Translations under genes and position numbers: made by a program
Notes under the pieces: model-generated
Database searches by the model: none
What the model saw: the letters and a program-made list of their open reading frames with translations, nothing else
Told to the model about the DNA's origin: nothing
DNA from: Escherichia coli
GTDB taxonomy: Bacteria > Pseudomonadota > Gammaproteobacteria > Enterobacterales > Enterobacteriaceae
DNA length: 64,000 nucleotides
Strand: one strand, 5' to 3'
NCBI RefSeq assembly: GCF_029227855.1
Contig: NZ_CP074356.1
Part shown: in pieces, positions 1-10,494 of the stretch
Numbering within the stretch: the first letter of the stretch is position 1
Layout: each line of letters opens with the position of its first letter

Positions 1-1
1 G

Positions 2-406
2 CTGTCAGTGCTGATTATTGACGTTGATAAATTCAAAGAGATCAACGATACGTGGGGCCATAACACTGGCGATGAAATTCTGCGTAAAGTCTCTCAGGCC
101 TTTTATGACAACGTCCGTAGTAGTGATTATGTTTTCCGCTACGGGGGCGATGAATTTATCATTGTTTTGACTGAAGCTTCGGAAAACGAAACGTTACGTA
201 CCGCAGAACGTATTCGCAGTCGGGTGGAGAAAACCAAACTGAAAGCCGCAAACGGCGAAGATATTGCCCTCTCACTTTCCATCGGTGCCGCCATGTTTAA
301 TGGTCATCCTGACTATGAGCGCCTCATTCAAATAGCCGATGAAGCTCTGTATATCGCCAAAAGACGAGGTAGAAACCGTGTTGAACTCTGGAAAGCCAGT
401 CTTTAG
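2..406 (+). CDS. dosC: Diguanylate cyclase DosC, C-terminal GGDEF fragment (5' end outside window)
   Basis: ORF running in from the window edge; RYGGDEF active-site motif; immediately upstream of a PAS-GGDEF-EAL gene as in the dosCP operon. Confidence 0.8.
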   Translation: MSVLIIDVDKFKEINDTWGHNTGDEILRKVSQAFYDNVRSSDYVFRYGGDEFIIVLTEASENETLRTAERIRSRVEKTKLKAANGEDIALSLSIGAAMFNGHPDYERLIQIADEALYIAKRRGRNRVELWKASL

Positions 407-430
407 ATGCGCCAGGATGCAGAGGTAATC

Positions 431-2830
431 ATGAAGCTAACCGATGCGGATAATGCCGCCGATGGCATTTTTTTCCCCGCCCTTGAGCAAAATATGATGG
501 GCGCGGTGTTAATTAACGAAAATGATGAAGTGATGTTTTTCAACCCCGCCGCAGAGAAGCTCTGGGGGTACAAACGTGAAGAAGTTATTGGCAATAACAT
601 TGATATGCTGATTCCGCGGGATTTGCGTCCCGCGCATCCTGAATACATCCGTCACAACCGTGAAGGCGGTAAAGCGCGCGTCGAGGGGATGAGTCGGGAG
701 CTGCAGCTGGAGAAAAAAGACGGCAGTAAAATCTGGACCCGTTTTGCGCTATCGAAAGTGAGCGCCGAGGGTAAAATTTATTACCTGGCGCTGGTACGGG
801 ATGCCAGCGTAGAAATGGCGCAAAAAGAACAGACCCGACAATTGATTATTGCCGTTGACCATCTCGACCGACCGGTGATTGTCCTCGATCCGGAACGCCA
901 TATTGTGCAGTGCAATCGCGCATTTACCGAAATGTTTGGTTACTGCATTAGCGAAGCCAGCGGTATGCAGCCCGATACACTCCTGAACATTCCTGAATTC
1001 CCTGCCGATAACCGCATTCGTTTACAACAGTTGCTATGGAAAACCGCCCGCGATCAGGATGAATTTCTGCTGTTGACGCGCACCGGTGAAAAAATCTGGA
1101 TTAAAGCCTCTATCAGCCCGGTTTATGACGTGCTCGCGCATCTGCAGAACCTGGTAATGACTTTCTCGGATATCACCGAAGAACGGCAAATCCGCCAGCT
1201 TGAAGGCAATATTCTCGCCGCCATGTGCAGCAGCCCGCCATTTCATGAAATGGGGGAAATCATTTGTCGTAACATCGAATCTGTACTCAACGAATCGCAT
1301 GTTTCGCTGTTCGCGCTGCGCAACGGGATGCCGATACACTGGGCGTCATCTTCGCACGGTACAGAAGTTCAAAATGCGCAAAGCTGGTCAGCGACCATTC
1401 GTCAGCGTGATGGCGCGCCGGCGGGGATCCTGCAAATTAAAACCTCGTCAGGAGCAGAAACCAGCGCCTTTATCGAACGCGTGGCAGATATCAGCCAGCA
1501 TATGGCCGCGCTGGCGCTGGAACAGGAAAAAAGCCGTCAGCATATTGAACAACTCATCCAATTTGATCCGATGACCGGTCTGCCAAATCGCAATAACCTG
1601 CACAATTACCTCGATGACCTGGTCGACAAAGCCGTCTCTCCGGTGGTGTATCTCATCGGTGTTGACCATATTCAGGATGTGATTGATAGCCTTGGCTATG
1701 CGTGGGCCGATCAGGCATTGCTGGAAGTGGTCAATCGCTTTCGTGAAAAACTCAAACCGGATCAGTATCTCTGTCGTATCGAAGGTACGCCGTTTGTCCT
1801 CGTGAGCCTGGAAAACGACGTCAGTAACATAACCCAAATCGCCGATGAGCTACGGAATGTGGTCAGCAAGCCGATAATGATTGACGATAAACCATTCCCG
1901 CTCACCTTGAGCATTGGCATCAGCTACGACGTGGGTAAAAACCGCGATTACCTGCTCTCCACTGCTCACAATGCAATGGATTATATTCGCAAGAATGGCG
2001 GTAACGGCTGGCAGTTCTTCAGCCCGGCGATGAACGAAATGGTAAAAGAGCGTTTGGTTTTAGGCGCAGCGCTGAAAGAAGCGATTAGCAATAACCAACT
2101 GAAACTGGTTTACCAGCCACAAATCTTCGCAGAAACGGGTGAACTGTACGGCATCGAAGCCCTTGCTCGCTGGCACGATCCCCTGCATGGTCATGTGCCC
2201 CCTTCACGGTTTATTCCTCTCGCAGAAGAGATCGGTGAAATCGAAAATATTGGGCGCTGGGTCATCGCGGAAGCTTGCCGTCAGTTAGCAGAATGGCGTA
2301 GCCAGAATATTCATATCCCGGCGTTATCCGTTAACTTGTCAGCGCTGCACTTTCGCAGTAATCAACTGCCTAATCAGGTGTCTGATGCAATGCACGCCTG
2401 GGGTATTGACGGCCACCAGCTGACGGTGGAAATCACGGAAAGCATGATGATGGAACACGATACCGAAATCTTTAAGCGCATTCAGATCCTGCGCGATATG
2501 GGCGTGGGTTTATCGGTAGATGATTTTGGCACGGGCTTTTCCGGATTATCCCGCTTAGTCAGTCTTCCAGTAACGGAAATCAAAATTGACAAAAGTTTTG
2601 TCGATCGTTGTCTGACCGAAAAACGCATCCTTGCCTTACTTGAAGCCATTACCAGCATTGGGCAAAGCCTTAATTTAACCGTCGTGGCGGAAGGCGTCGA
2701 AACCAAAGAGCAATTTGAGATGCTACGCAAGATCCACTGTCGCGTTATTCAGGGATATTTCTTTTCCCGCCCCCTGCCCGCCGAAGAAATTCCAGGCTGG
2801 ATGAGCAGTGTGTTACCGCTGAAAATCTGA
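431..2830 (+). CDS. dosP: Oxygen-sensing c-di-GMP phosphodiesterase DosP (PAS-GGDEF-EAL)
   Basis: 799-codon ORF from MKLTDADNAADG; EAL-domain motifs near the C-terminus; synteny with dosC and ddpX. Confidence 0.9.
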   Translation: MKLTDADNAADGIFFPALEQNMMGAVLINENDEVMFFNPAAEKLWGYKREEVIGNNIDMLIPRDLRPAHPEYIRHNREGGKARVEGMSRELQLEKKDGSKIWTRFALSKVSAEGKIYYLALVRDASVEMAQKEQTRQLIIAVDHLDRPVIVLDPERHIVQCNRAFTEMFGYCISEASGMQPDTLLNIPEFPADNRIRLQQLLWKTARDQDEFLLLTRTGEKIWIKASISPVYDVLAHLQNLVMTFSDITEERQIRQLEGNILAAMCSSPPFHEMGEIICRNIESVLNESHVSLFALRNGMPIHWASSSHGTEVQNAQSWSATIRQRDGAPAGILQIKTSSGAETSAFIERVADISQHMAALALEQEKSRQHIEQLIQFDPMTGLPNRNNLHNYLDDLVDKAVSPVVYLIGVDHIQDVIDSLGYAWADQALLEVVNRFREKLKPDQYLCRIEGTPFVLVSLENDVSNITQIADELRNVVSKPIMIDDKPFPLTLSIGISYDVGKNRDYLLSTAHNAMDYIRKNGGNGWQFFSPAMNEMVKERLVLGAALKEAISNNQLKLVYQPQIFAETGELYGIEALARWHDPLHGHVPPSRFIPLAEEIGEIENIGRWVIAEACRQLAEWRSQNIHIPALSVNLSALHFRSNQLPNQVSDAMHAWGIDGHQLTVEITESMMMEHDTEIFKRIQILRDMGVGLSVDDFGTGFSGLSRLVSLPVTEIKIDKSFVDRCLTEKRILALLEAITSIGQSLNLTVVAEGVETKEQFEMLRKIHCRVIQGYFFSRPLPAEEIPGWMSSVLPLKI

Positions 2831-3087
2831 CAAATTCCTCTCGCCCGCACTCGCGGGTTTTCATTTAACGTGACACTGTCACTTAAATACTGTGATTTCA
2901 GCTACGATTCCGGGAGATTCCTTCCTTAACTTCCCCTCTTGCACCAAAACTGCACTACGCTGCACAAATGTTGATCAAAAGTTAAAAAATATAACTTTAA
3001 GCCAGCATTCTGGCGCTTATCCCGGCATGGCATGAGATCTGCATAAGCGGAAAGCGCAGCAATTTTTGTCTTATACAGGAACTGTTT

Positions 3088-3669
3088 ATGTCGGATACCA
3101 CCGAACTGGTTGATTTAGCCGTGATCTTCCCTGATCTGGAGATCGAACTGAAATACGCCTGCGCTGATAACATCACAGGTAAAGCTATTTATCAGCAAGC
3201 GCGTTGTCTGTTACACAAGGATGCGATTACCGCGCTGGCGAAAAGTATCAGTATCGCCCAGCTGTCAGGCTTACAACTGGTGATTTACGATGCGTATCGC
3301 CCACAACAAACACAGGCGATGTTGTGGCAAGCCTGCCCAGACCCGCAATATGTTGTTGATGTGGCGGTCGGTTCTAATCACAGCCGTGGCACGGCGATCG
3401 ACCTGACGCTTCGTGATGAGCACGGGAACATCCTGGATATGGGTGCAGAGTTCGATGAAATGCACGAACGTTCCCATGCTTATCACCCTTCCGTCCCGCC
3501 CGCTGCTCAGCGCAATCGGCTGCTGCTGAATGCGATTATGACTGGCGGTGGCTTTGTCGGTATCACGAGCGAATGGTGGCACTTCGAATTACCCCAGGCA
3601 GCGAGTTACCCACTACTCGCTGATCAATTCACCTGTTTTATATCCCCTGGCACACAGCACGCCAGTTAA
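3088..3669 (+). CDS. ddpX: D-Ala-D-Ala dipeptidase
   Basis: 193 aa ORF, VanX-like zinc dipeptidase (SNHSRGTAIDL, EWWHFE); first gene of the ddp operon. Confidence 0.9.
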   Translation: MSDTTELVDLAVIFPDLEIELKYACADNITGKAIYQQARCLLHKDAITALAKSISIAQLSGLQLVIYDAYRPQQTQAMLWQACPDPQYVVDVAVGSNHSRGTAIDLTLRDEHGNILDMGAEFDEMHERSHAYHPSVPPAAQRNRLLLNAIMTGGGFVGITSEWWHFELPQAASYPLLADQFTCFISPGTQHAS

Positions 3670-3682
3670 TCAGGAAACTGTC

Positions 3683-5233
3683 ATGAAGAGATCGATTTCG
3701 TTTCGTCCTACATTGCTCGCGATCGTCCTTGCCACAACAATGCCGGTTGCGCACGCCGCCGTACCGAAAGATATGCTGGTGATCGGTAAAGCCGCCGACC
3801 CACAAACCCTCGACCCAGCGGTGACAATTGATAATAACGACTGGACAGTGACCTACCCGTCTTATCAGCGACTGGTTCAGTACAAAACGGACGGTGATAA
3901 AGGCTCAACCGACGTTGAAGGCGATCTGGCAAGTAGCTGGAAAGCGTCTGACGATCAAAAAGAGTGGACGTTCACCCTGAAGGACAATGCTAAATTTGCC
4001 GATGGCACACCTGTCACTGCCGAAGCAGTAAAACTCTCTTTTGAGCGGTTACTAAAAATCGGCCAGGGGCCAGCAGAAGCATTTCCCAAAGATTTAAAGA
4101 TTGATGCTCCCGACGAACATACGGTGAAGTTTACCCTTAGCCAGCCATTCGCACCGTTCCTCTATACGCTGGCGAATGACGGTGCATCCATTATCAATCC
4201 GGCGGTCTTAAAGGAACATGCGGCCGATGATGCCCGTGGTTTCCTCGCGCAAAATACCGCTGGCTCCGGACCGTTTATGCTGAAAAGCTGGCAAAAAGGT
4301 CAGCAATTAGTTCTGGTGCCAAATCCGCATTACTCCGGCAATAAACCGAACTTTAAGCGAGTATCGGTAAAAATTATCGGTGAAAGTGCCTCCCGTCGCC
4401 TGCAGCTCTCCCGTGGCGACATTGACATTGCCGATGCGCTGCCGGTGGATCAACTCAACGCACTGAAGCAGGAAAACAAAGTCAACGTGGCAGAGTATCC
4501 GTCACTGCGCGTCACCTATCTGTATCTGAATAACAGCAAAGCGCCACTTAATCAGGCGGATCTGCGTCGGGCCATTTCCTGGTCTACCGATTATCAGGGT
4601 ATGGTTAACGGCATTCTGAGTGGTAACGGAAAACAAATGCGCGGCCCGATTCCGGAAGGCATGTGGGGATACGATGCGACGGCAATGCAATACAACCATG
4701 ACGAAACGAAAGCCAAAGCCGAATGGGATAAAGTGACGAGCAAACCCACCAGCCTGACGTTTCTCTACTCCGATAACGACCCGAACTGGGAACCGATCGC
4801 TCTGGCGACACAATCCAGTCTCAACAAGCTGGGCATCAATGTGAAGCTGGAAAAACTGGCGAACGCCACCATGCGCGACAGAGTGGGTAAAGGTGATTAC
4901 GACATTGCGATTGGCAACTGGAGCCCGGATTTTGCCGACCCGTATATGTTTATGAATTACTGGTTTGAGTCAGACAAAAAAGGTCTGCCGGGTAACCGCT
5001 CGTTCTATGAAAACAGTGAGGTCGATAAGTTACTGCGCAATGCGCTAGCGACCACCGACCAGACGCAGCGTACCCGGGACTACCAGCAGGCACAGAAAAT
5101 CGTCATTGATGACGCTGCTTATGTGTACCTGTTCCAGAAAAACTACCAACTGGCGATGAACAAAGAGGTGAAAGGTTTTGTGTTCAATCCCATGCTGGAA
5201 CAGGTCTTCAATATCAATACCATGAGTAAATAA
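3683..5233 (+). CDS. ddpA: Periplasmic D,D-dipeptide-binding protein (ABC transporter SBP)
   Basis: 516 aa from MKRSISFRP with signal peptide; family-5 solute-binding protein; synteny. Confidence 0.9.
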   Translation: MKRSISFRPTLLAIVLATTMPVAHAAVPKDMLVIGKAADPQTLDPAVTIDNNDWTVTYPSYQRLVQYKTDGDKGSTDVEGDLASSWKASDDQKEWTFTLKDNAKFADGTPVTAEAVKLSFERLLKIGQGPAEAFPKDLKIDAPDEHTVKFTLSQPFAPFLYTLANDGASIINPAVLKEHAADDARGFLAQNTAGSGPFMLKSWQKGQQLVLVPNPHYSGNKPNFKRVSVKIIGESASRRLQLSRGDIDIADALPVDQLNALKQENKVNVAEYPSLRVTYLYLNNSKAPLNQADLRRAISWSTDYQGMVNGILSGNGKQMRGPIPEGMWGYDATAMQYNHDETKAKAEWDKVTSKPTSLTFLYSDNDPNWEPIALATQSSLNKLGINVKLEKLANATMRDRVGKGDYDIAIGNWSPDFADPYMFMNYWFESDKKGLPGNRSFYENSEVDKLLRNALATTDQTQRTRDYQQAQKIVIDDAAYVYLFQKNYQLAMNKEVKGFVFNPMLEQVFNINTMSK

Positions 5234-5234
5234 C

Positions 5235-6257
5235 GTGACCTTCTGGAGTATTTTACGCCAACGCTGCTGGGGGCTGGTGCTCGTGGTGGCGGGCGTCTGT
5301 GTGATAACGTTTATTATCTCGCACCTGATCCCCGGCGATCCGGCGCGGTTACTGGCGGGTGACCGCGCCAGCGATGCTATCGTGGATAATATTCGCCAGC
5401 AACTGGGACTGGACCAGCCACTGTACGTACAGTTTTACCGCTACGTCAGCGACCTGTTTCAGGGTGACCTGGGAACATCCATTCGTACCGGGCGTCCGGT
5501 GCTGGAAGAGTTGCGTATATTTTTCCCGGCGACGCTGGAACTGGCTTTTTGTGCCCTGCTGCTGGCACTCCTGATTGGCATCCCGCTGGGCATACTCTCT
5601 GCAGTCTGGCGAAATCGCTGGCTGGATCATCTGGTGCGAATAATGGCCATTACCGGAATCTCCACACCTGCGTTCTGGCTTGGGCTGGGCGTCATTGTGC
5701 TGTTTTATGGTCATCTGCAAATTCTTCCCGGCGGCGGAAGGCTTGATGACTGGCTGGATCCACCAACGCACGTTACCGGCTTTTATCTGCTCGATGCGCT
5801 GCTTGAAGGCAACGGTGAAGTCTTCTTCAATGCGCTGCAACATCTCATCTTACCGGCATTAACGCTGGCGTTCGTTCACCTGGGAATTGTCGCTCGCCAG
5901 ATCCGCTCAGCTATGCTGGAACAATTGAGTGAAGATTACATTCGTACCGCCCGGGCCAGCGGCTTGCCCGGCTGGTATATCGTTTTATGTTATGCGCTAC
6001 CCAATGCGTTGATCCCATCGATTACCGTATTGGGTCTGGCGCTGGGCGATTTGTTGTATGGCGCAGTGCTCACCGAAACCGTTTTTGCCTGGCCCGGAAT
6101 GGGTGCATGGGTAGTAACATCAATACAGGCGCTCGACTTCCCGGCAGTGATGGGCTTTGCCGTCGTGGTTTCATTTGCTTATGTGCTGGTCAACCTGGTG
6201 GTGGATTTGCTCTATTTGTGGATTGATCCGCGTATCGGACGTGGAGGTGGTGAATGA
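5235..6257 (+). CDS. ddpB: D,D-dipeptide ABC transporter permease
   Basis: 340 aa polytopic membrane protein, GTG start just after ddpA stop; DppB-like. Confidence 0.85.
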   Translation: MTFWSILRQRCWGLVLVVAGVCVITFIISHLIPGDPARLLAGDRASDAIVDNIRQQLGLDQPLYVQFYRYVSDLFQGDLGTSIRTGRPVLEELRIFFPATLELAFCALLLALLIGIPLGILSAVWRNRWLDHLVRIMAITGISTPAFWLGLGVIVLFYGHLQILPGGGRLDDWLDPPTHVTGFYLLDALLEGNGEVFFNALQHLILPALTLAFVHLGIVARQIRSAMLEQLSEDYIRTARASGLPGWYIVLCYALPNALIPSITVLGLALGDLLYGAVLTETVFAWPGMGAWVVTSIQALDFPAVMGFAVVVSFAYVLVNLVVDLLYLWIDPRIGRGGGE

Positions 6258-7150
6258 TGCTAAGCGAGGAAACGTCCGCCGTACGCCCACAAAAACAAAC
6301 GCGATTTAACGGTGCAAAACTGGTATGGATGCTGAAATGCAGTCCGCTCACCGTGACCGGCGCAGTCATCATTGTATTAATGCTACTGATGATGATTTTT
6401 TCACCGTGGCTGGCGACGCAAGATCCCAACGCCATTGATTTAACCGCCCGCCTTTTGCCGCCTTCTGCGGCGCACTGGTTTGGCACCGATGAAGTGGGAC
6501 GCGATCTGTTTAGCCGCGTACTGGTCGGCAGTCAGCAATCAATTCTCGCCGGATTAGTGGTGGTCGCCATTGCAGGTATGATGGGGTCGCTACTCGGGTG
6601 TCTATCCGGTGTGCTTGGCGGACGCGCAGACGCGATTATCATGCGCATCATGGACATTATGCTGTCGATTCCTTCGCTGGTGCTGACAATGGCACTGGCA
6701 GCCGCTCTCGGGCCGAGTTTGTTTAACGCCATGCTGGCGATTGCTATCGTGCGTATCCCGTTTTATGTGCGCCTGGCGCGGGGGCAAACATTAGTTGTCC
6801 GCCAGTACACTTACGTTCAGGCGGCGAAAACCTTTGGTGCGTCACGCTGGCATCTGATCAATTGGCATATTTTACGTAACTCCCTGCCGCCGCTGATTGT
6901 GCAGGCATCGCTGGATATCGGTAGCGCGATTTTAATGGCCGCCACGTTGGGATTTATTGGCCTGGGTGCTCAACAACCGAGTGCTGAATGGGGGGCGATG
7001 GTGGCGAATGGTCGCAACTATGTGCTCGATCAATGGTGGTATTGCGCATTTCCGGGGGCAGCGATTTTGCTTACCGCCGTCGGGTTCAATCTCTTTGGTG
7101 ATGGTATTCGCGATCTGCTTGACCCGAAAGCAGGAGGAAAGCAGTCATGA
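6254..7150 (+). CDS. ddpC: D,D-dipeptide ABC transporter permease
   Basis: 298 aa, DppC-like permease; start overlaps ddpB stop. Confidence 0.85.
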   Translation: MMLSEETSAVRPQKQTRFNGAKLVWMLKCSPLTVTGAVIIVLMLLMMIFSPWLATQDPNAIDLTARLLPPSAAHWFGTDEVGRDLFSRVLVGSQQSILAGLVVVAIAGMMGSLLGCLSGVLGGRADAIIMRIMDIMLSIPSLVLTMALAAALGPSLFNAMLAIAIVRIPFYVRLARGQTLVVRQYTYVQAAKTFGASRWHLINWHILRNSLPPLIVQASLDIGSAILMAATLGFIGLGAQQPSAEWGAMVANGRNYVLDQWWYCAFPGAAILLTAVGFNLFGDGIRDLLDPKAGGKQS

Positions 7151-8133
7151 CCCAACCCGTTCTGGACATTCAACAGCTGCATTTGAGTTTCCCCGGTTTT
7201 AACGGCGACGTTCACGCGCTCAACAATGTGTCCTTGCAGATTAACCGCGGTGAAATTGTCGGTCTGGTGGGAGAATCCGGCTCGGGTAAATCAGTCACCG
7301 CAATGCTGATTATGCGTCTGCTACCAACGGGCAGTTATTGCGTACATCGGGGACATATTTCACTGCTGGGAGAAGATGCTCTTAAAGCTCGGGAAAAGCA
7401 GCTTCGTCAGTGGCGCGGCGCACGAGTGGCGATGATCTTTCAGGAACCGATGACCGCCCTTAATCCGACACGTCGAATAGGTCTTCAGATGATGGACGTG
7501 ATCCGCCATCATCAACCAAAAAGTCGTCGGGAAGCCAAAGCTAAAGCGATTGCCCTGCTGGAAGAGATGCAAATCCCGGATGCCGTGGAAGTTATGTCGC
7601 GCTATCCGTTTGAGCTTTCAGGTGGTATGCGACAGCGGGTAATGATTGCGCTGGCATTCTCCTGCGAGCCGCAATTGATTATTGCCGACGAACCGACTAC
7701 GGCGCTGGACGTCACGGTACAGTTGCAGGTACTGCGTCTGCTTAAACATAAAGCCCGCGCCAGTGGAACTGCGGTACTGTTCATCAGCCATGATATGGCC
7801 GTGGTGTCGCAACTGTGCGATAGCGTTTACGTGATGTATGCCGGAAGCGTGATCGAGAGCGGCGTGACGGCAGACGTTATCCATCATCCCCGGCATCCGT
7901 ATACCATTGGTTTGCTGCAATGCGCACCGGAACATGGAATACCGCGCCAGCCATTACCCGCCATTCCAGGGACGGTACCAAACCTCACCCATTTGCCTGA
8001 CGGCTGCGCTTTTCGCGATCGTTGCTATGCGGCAGGTACACAGTGTGAAAACGTCCCGGCGCTGACAGCGTGTGGTGACAACAACCACCGCTGCGCCTGT
8101 TGGTATCCTCAGCAGGAGGTCATTAGTGTCTGA
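7147..8133 (+). CDS. ddpD: D,D-dipeptide ABC transporter ATPase
   Basis: 328 aa; Walker A GESGSGKS, ABC signature LSGGMRQR; overlaps ddpC stop. Confidence 0.85.
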   Translation: MTQPVLDIQQLHLSFPGFNGDVHALNNVSLQINRGEIVGLVGESGSGKSVTAMLIMRLLPTGSYCVHRGHISLLGEDALKAREKQLRQWRGARVAMIFQEPMTALNPTRRIGLQMMDVIRHHQPKSRREAKAKAIALLEEMQIPDAVEVMSRYPFELSGGMRQRVMIALAFSCEPQLIIADEPTTALDVTVQLQVLRLLKHKARASGTAVLFISHDMAVVSQLCDSVYVMYAGSVIESGVTADVIHHPRHPYTIGLLQCAPEHGIPRQPLPAIPGTVPNLTHLPDGCAFRDRCYAAGTQCENVPALTACGDNNHRCACWYPQQEVISV

Positions 8134-9052
8134 CACGTTATTAACGTTACGCGACGTCCATATCAATTTCCCGGCCCGAAAAAACTGGCTTGGTAAAACT
8201 ACGGAACATGTTCATGCCATCAATGGTATTGATTTACAGATCCGTCGTGGTGAAACCTTAGGGATCGTCGGTGAGTCAGGCTGCGGCAAAAGCACCCTCG
8301 CACAGCTTTTAATGGGTATGCTGCAACCGAGCCACGGGCAGTACATCTGTTCAGGATCACAACGCATTATGCAGATGGTGTTTCAGGACCCGCTCTCTTC
8401 GCTTAATCCGCGCTTACCGGTGTGGCGCATCATCACGGAACCGCTCTGGATTGCTAAGCGTAGTAGTGAACAACAGCGGCGAGCGTTGGCAGAGGAGCTG
8501 GCTGTGCAGGTGGGTATTCGTCCGGAGTATCTCGACCGCTTGCCTCATGCGTTCTCAGGCGGGCAGCGGCAACGTATCGCCATTGCCAGAGCACTCTCTT
8601 CGCAGCCTGACGTGATTGTGCTTGATGAACCAACCTCGGCGCTGGATATCTCCGTGCAGGCGCAGATCCTCAATTTACTGGTAACGCTACAGGAAAATCA
8701 CGGGCTGACTTATGTGCTGATTTCACACAATGTCTCGGTGATACGTCATATGAGCGATCGGGTGGCGGTGATGTATCTCGGACAGATTGTGGAATTAGGA
8801 GACGCGCAACAGGTGCTGACAGCTCCGGCACATCCATACACACGATTATTGCTGGATTCCCTCCCCGCCATTGATAAACCGCTGGAGGAAGAATGGGCAT
8901 TACGTAAAACGGATCTACCAGGAAACCGCACGTTGCCACAAGGCTGTTTTTTCCGCGAACGCTGCCCTCTGGCAACCCACGGATGTGAAGTCCGGCAATC
9001 ATTAACAATAAGGGAGGACGGACGTGAGATCCGGTGCTGGCGGGCGCTGTAG
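8126..9052 (+). CDS. ddpF: D,D-dipeptide ABC transporter ATPase
   Basis: about 308 aa from a GTG start (VSDTLLTLRDV); Walker A GESGCGKST, LSGGQRQR. Confidence 0.8.
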   Translation: MSDTLLTLRDVHINFPARKNWLGKTTEHVHAINGIDLQIRRGETLGIVGESGCGKSTLAQLLMGMLQPSHGQYICSGSQRIMQMVFQDPLSSLNPRLPVWRIITEPLWIAKRSSEQQRRALAEELAVQVGIRPEYLDRLPHAFSGGQRQRIAIARALSSQPDVIVLDEPTSALDISVQAQILNLLVTLQENHGLTYVLISHNVSVIRHMSDRVAVMYLGQIVELGDAQQVLTAPAHPYTRLLLDSLPAIDKPLEEEWALRKTDLPGNRTLPQGCFFRERCPLATHGCEVRQSLTIREDGREIRCWRAL

Positions 9053-9107
9053 AGACGCTAACAACGCATCAGGCAATCACACGCCTGACGCGTCATACGG
9101 CAACGCT

Positions 9108-9539
9108 TTACGATTTCAACTGGTAATCAAGCGTAATTTCAGCTTTCAGTACCTGAGAAACCGGGCATCCTGCTTTTGCTTTCTGGATAATGCCGTCAAA
9201 AGTAGAGGCATCAATACCCGGCACCGCAACTTCGCTCTTCAGTGCGATTTTAGTAATCGCAAAACCGGCATCCACTTTATCCAGCGACACATCGGCGGAG
9301 GTATCAATCGATGTTGGCGTGAATCCCGCTTCCCCCAGCATTAATGAAAGCGCCATTGAGAAACATGCGGCATGCGCTGCGCCAATCAGTTCTTCAGGGT
9401 TGGTTCCTTTTTCGCCTTCAAAACGCGTGTTAAATCCATACGGCTGTTGGTTCAGCACGCCGCTCTCGGTGGATACTGTTCCCTTCCCGCGTTTGATATC
9501 GCCTTCCCAGTGTGCCTGACCTTTCTTATGGATTGTCAT
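9108..9539 (-). CDS. osmC: Osmotically inducible peroxiredoxin OsmC
   Basis: 143 aa OsmC/Ohr family ORF; synteny. Confidence 0.9.
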   Translation of the reverse strand: MTIHKKGQAHWEGDIKRGKGTVSTESGVLNQQPYGFNTRFEGEKGTNPEELIGAAHAACFSMALSLMLGEAGFTPTSIDTSADVSLDKVDAGFAITKIALKSEVAVPGIDASTFDGIIQKAKAGCPVSQVLKAEITLDYQLKS

Positions 9540-9883
9540 TGTTGCTCTCCTGTGGGCTTAAAAAGGAAATTATAGACTACGTGAGAAACAGCACGAGGAT
9601 AAGCAGGATATTCCGAATAAAATCCGGCGAAAACATTATCTCTGTACTTAAATTAAATTCCCACAATAGATAACGGGGAATATATAACCCAAAAGATATT
9701 GTATCAATATTAATCGGATCATCCCAATCACAATCTCTATGAATATCATGGCATTAAAATATAAAAATCATCAACCAGGACTAATCTTAACAACGAAGCG
9801 GCAAATATTTGCCATGCTGAATGTGCTTTATAAATCTGCGATCCGTAGCAGACACCATAAATAAACAGACACGGAGAATCACT

Positions 9884-10099
9884 ATGTTTACTTATTATCA
9901 GGCAGAAAATTCAACAGCAGAACCCGCTCTGGTTAATGCCATTGAGCAAGGCCTTCGGGCAGAGCACGGTGTTGTCACTGAAGATGACATTCTCATGGAG
10001 CTGACCAAATGGGTGGAAGCTTCTGATAACGACATCCTCAGTGATATCTACCAGCAAACGATCAATTATGTGGTCAGTGGCCAGCACCCTACGCTTTAA
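9884..10099 (+). CDS. bdm: Biofilm-dependent modulation protein Bdm
   Basis: 71 aa from MFTYYQAENS; position between osmC and sra. Confidence 0.8.
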   Translation: MFTYYQAENSTAEPALVNAIEQGLRAEHGVVTEDDILMELTKWVEASDNDILSDIYQQTINYVVSGQHPTL

Positions 10100-10200
10100 G
10101 GTGCTATGCTTGATCGGCAACCTAATTTAGGGGTTTAGCACGTGTTTCTTCGCTACGGCGATGTTGTCCTTAAAACTAGCAACAGGATTGAGGAGTTAAA

Positions 10201-10338
10201 ATGAAATCGAACCGTCAGGCACGTCATATTCTTGGACTGGACCATAAAATATCTAACCAGCGCAAAATAGTTACCGAAGGTGACAAATCCAGCGTGGTAA
10301 ATAACCCAACCGGCAGAAAACGCCCCGCTGAAAAGTAA
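10201..10338 (+). CDS. sra: Stationary-phase ribosome-associated protein Sra (RpsV)
   Basis: 45-codon [32 protein letters not shown], below the ORF-track size cutoff; followed by a terminator hairpin. Confidence 0.8.
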
Positions 10339-10370
10339 TTCATAACCATCAGTCCTCAATGACGATTAAA

Positions 10371-10402
10371 CACCATTGCCTGCGCAATGGTGTTTTTGTT
10401 TT
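10371..10402 (+). terminator. Rho-independent terminator after sra
   Basis: Hairpin caccattgcc-tgcg-caatggtg followed by a T-run (tttttgttttt). Confidence 0.5.
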
Positions 10403-10494
10403 TATCTGCTTTATACTTGGGGCCGACGCCCTGGCGGTAAAGCAAAGACGATAAAAGCGTGCCAGGGATGGATATTCAAAAAAGAGTGAGTGAC

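Noticed and set aside
5349-5843. 164 aa minus-strand ORF within ddpB
   Set aside because: Antisense to the conserved permease gene; no independent support.
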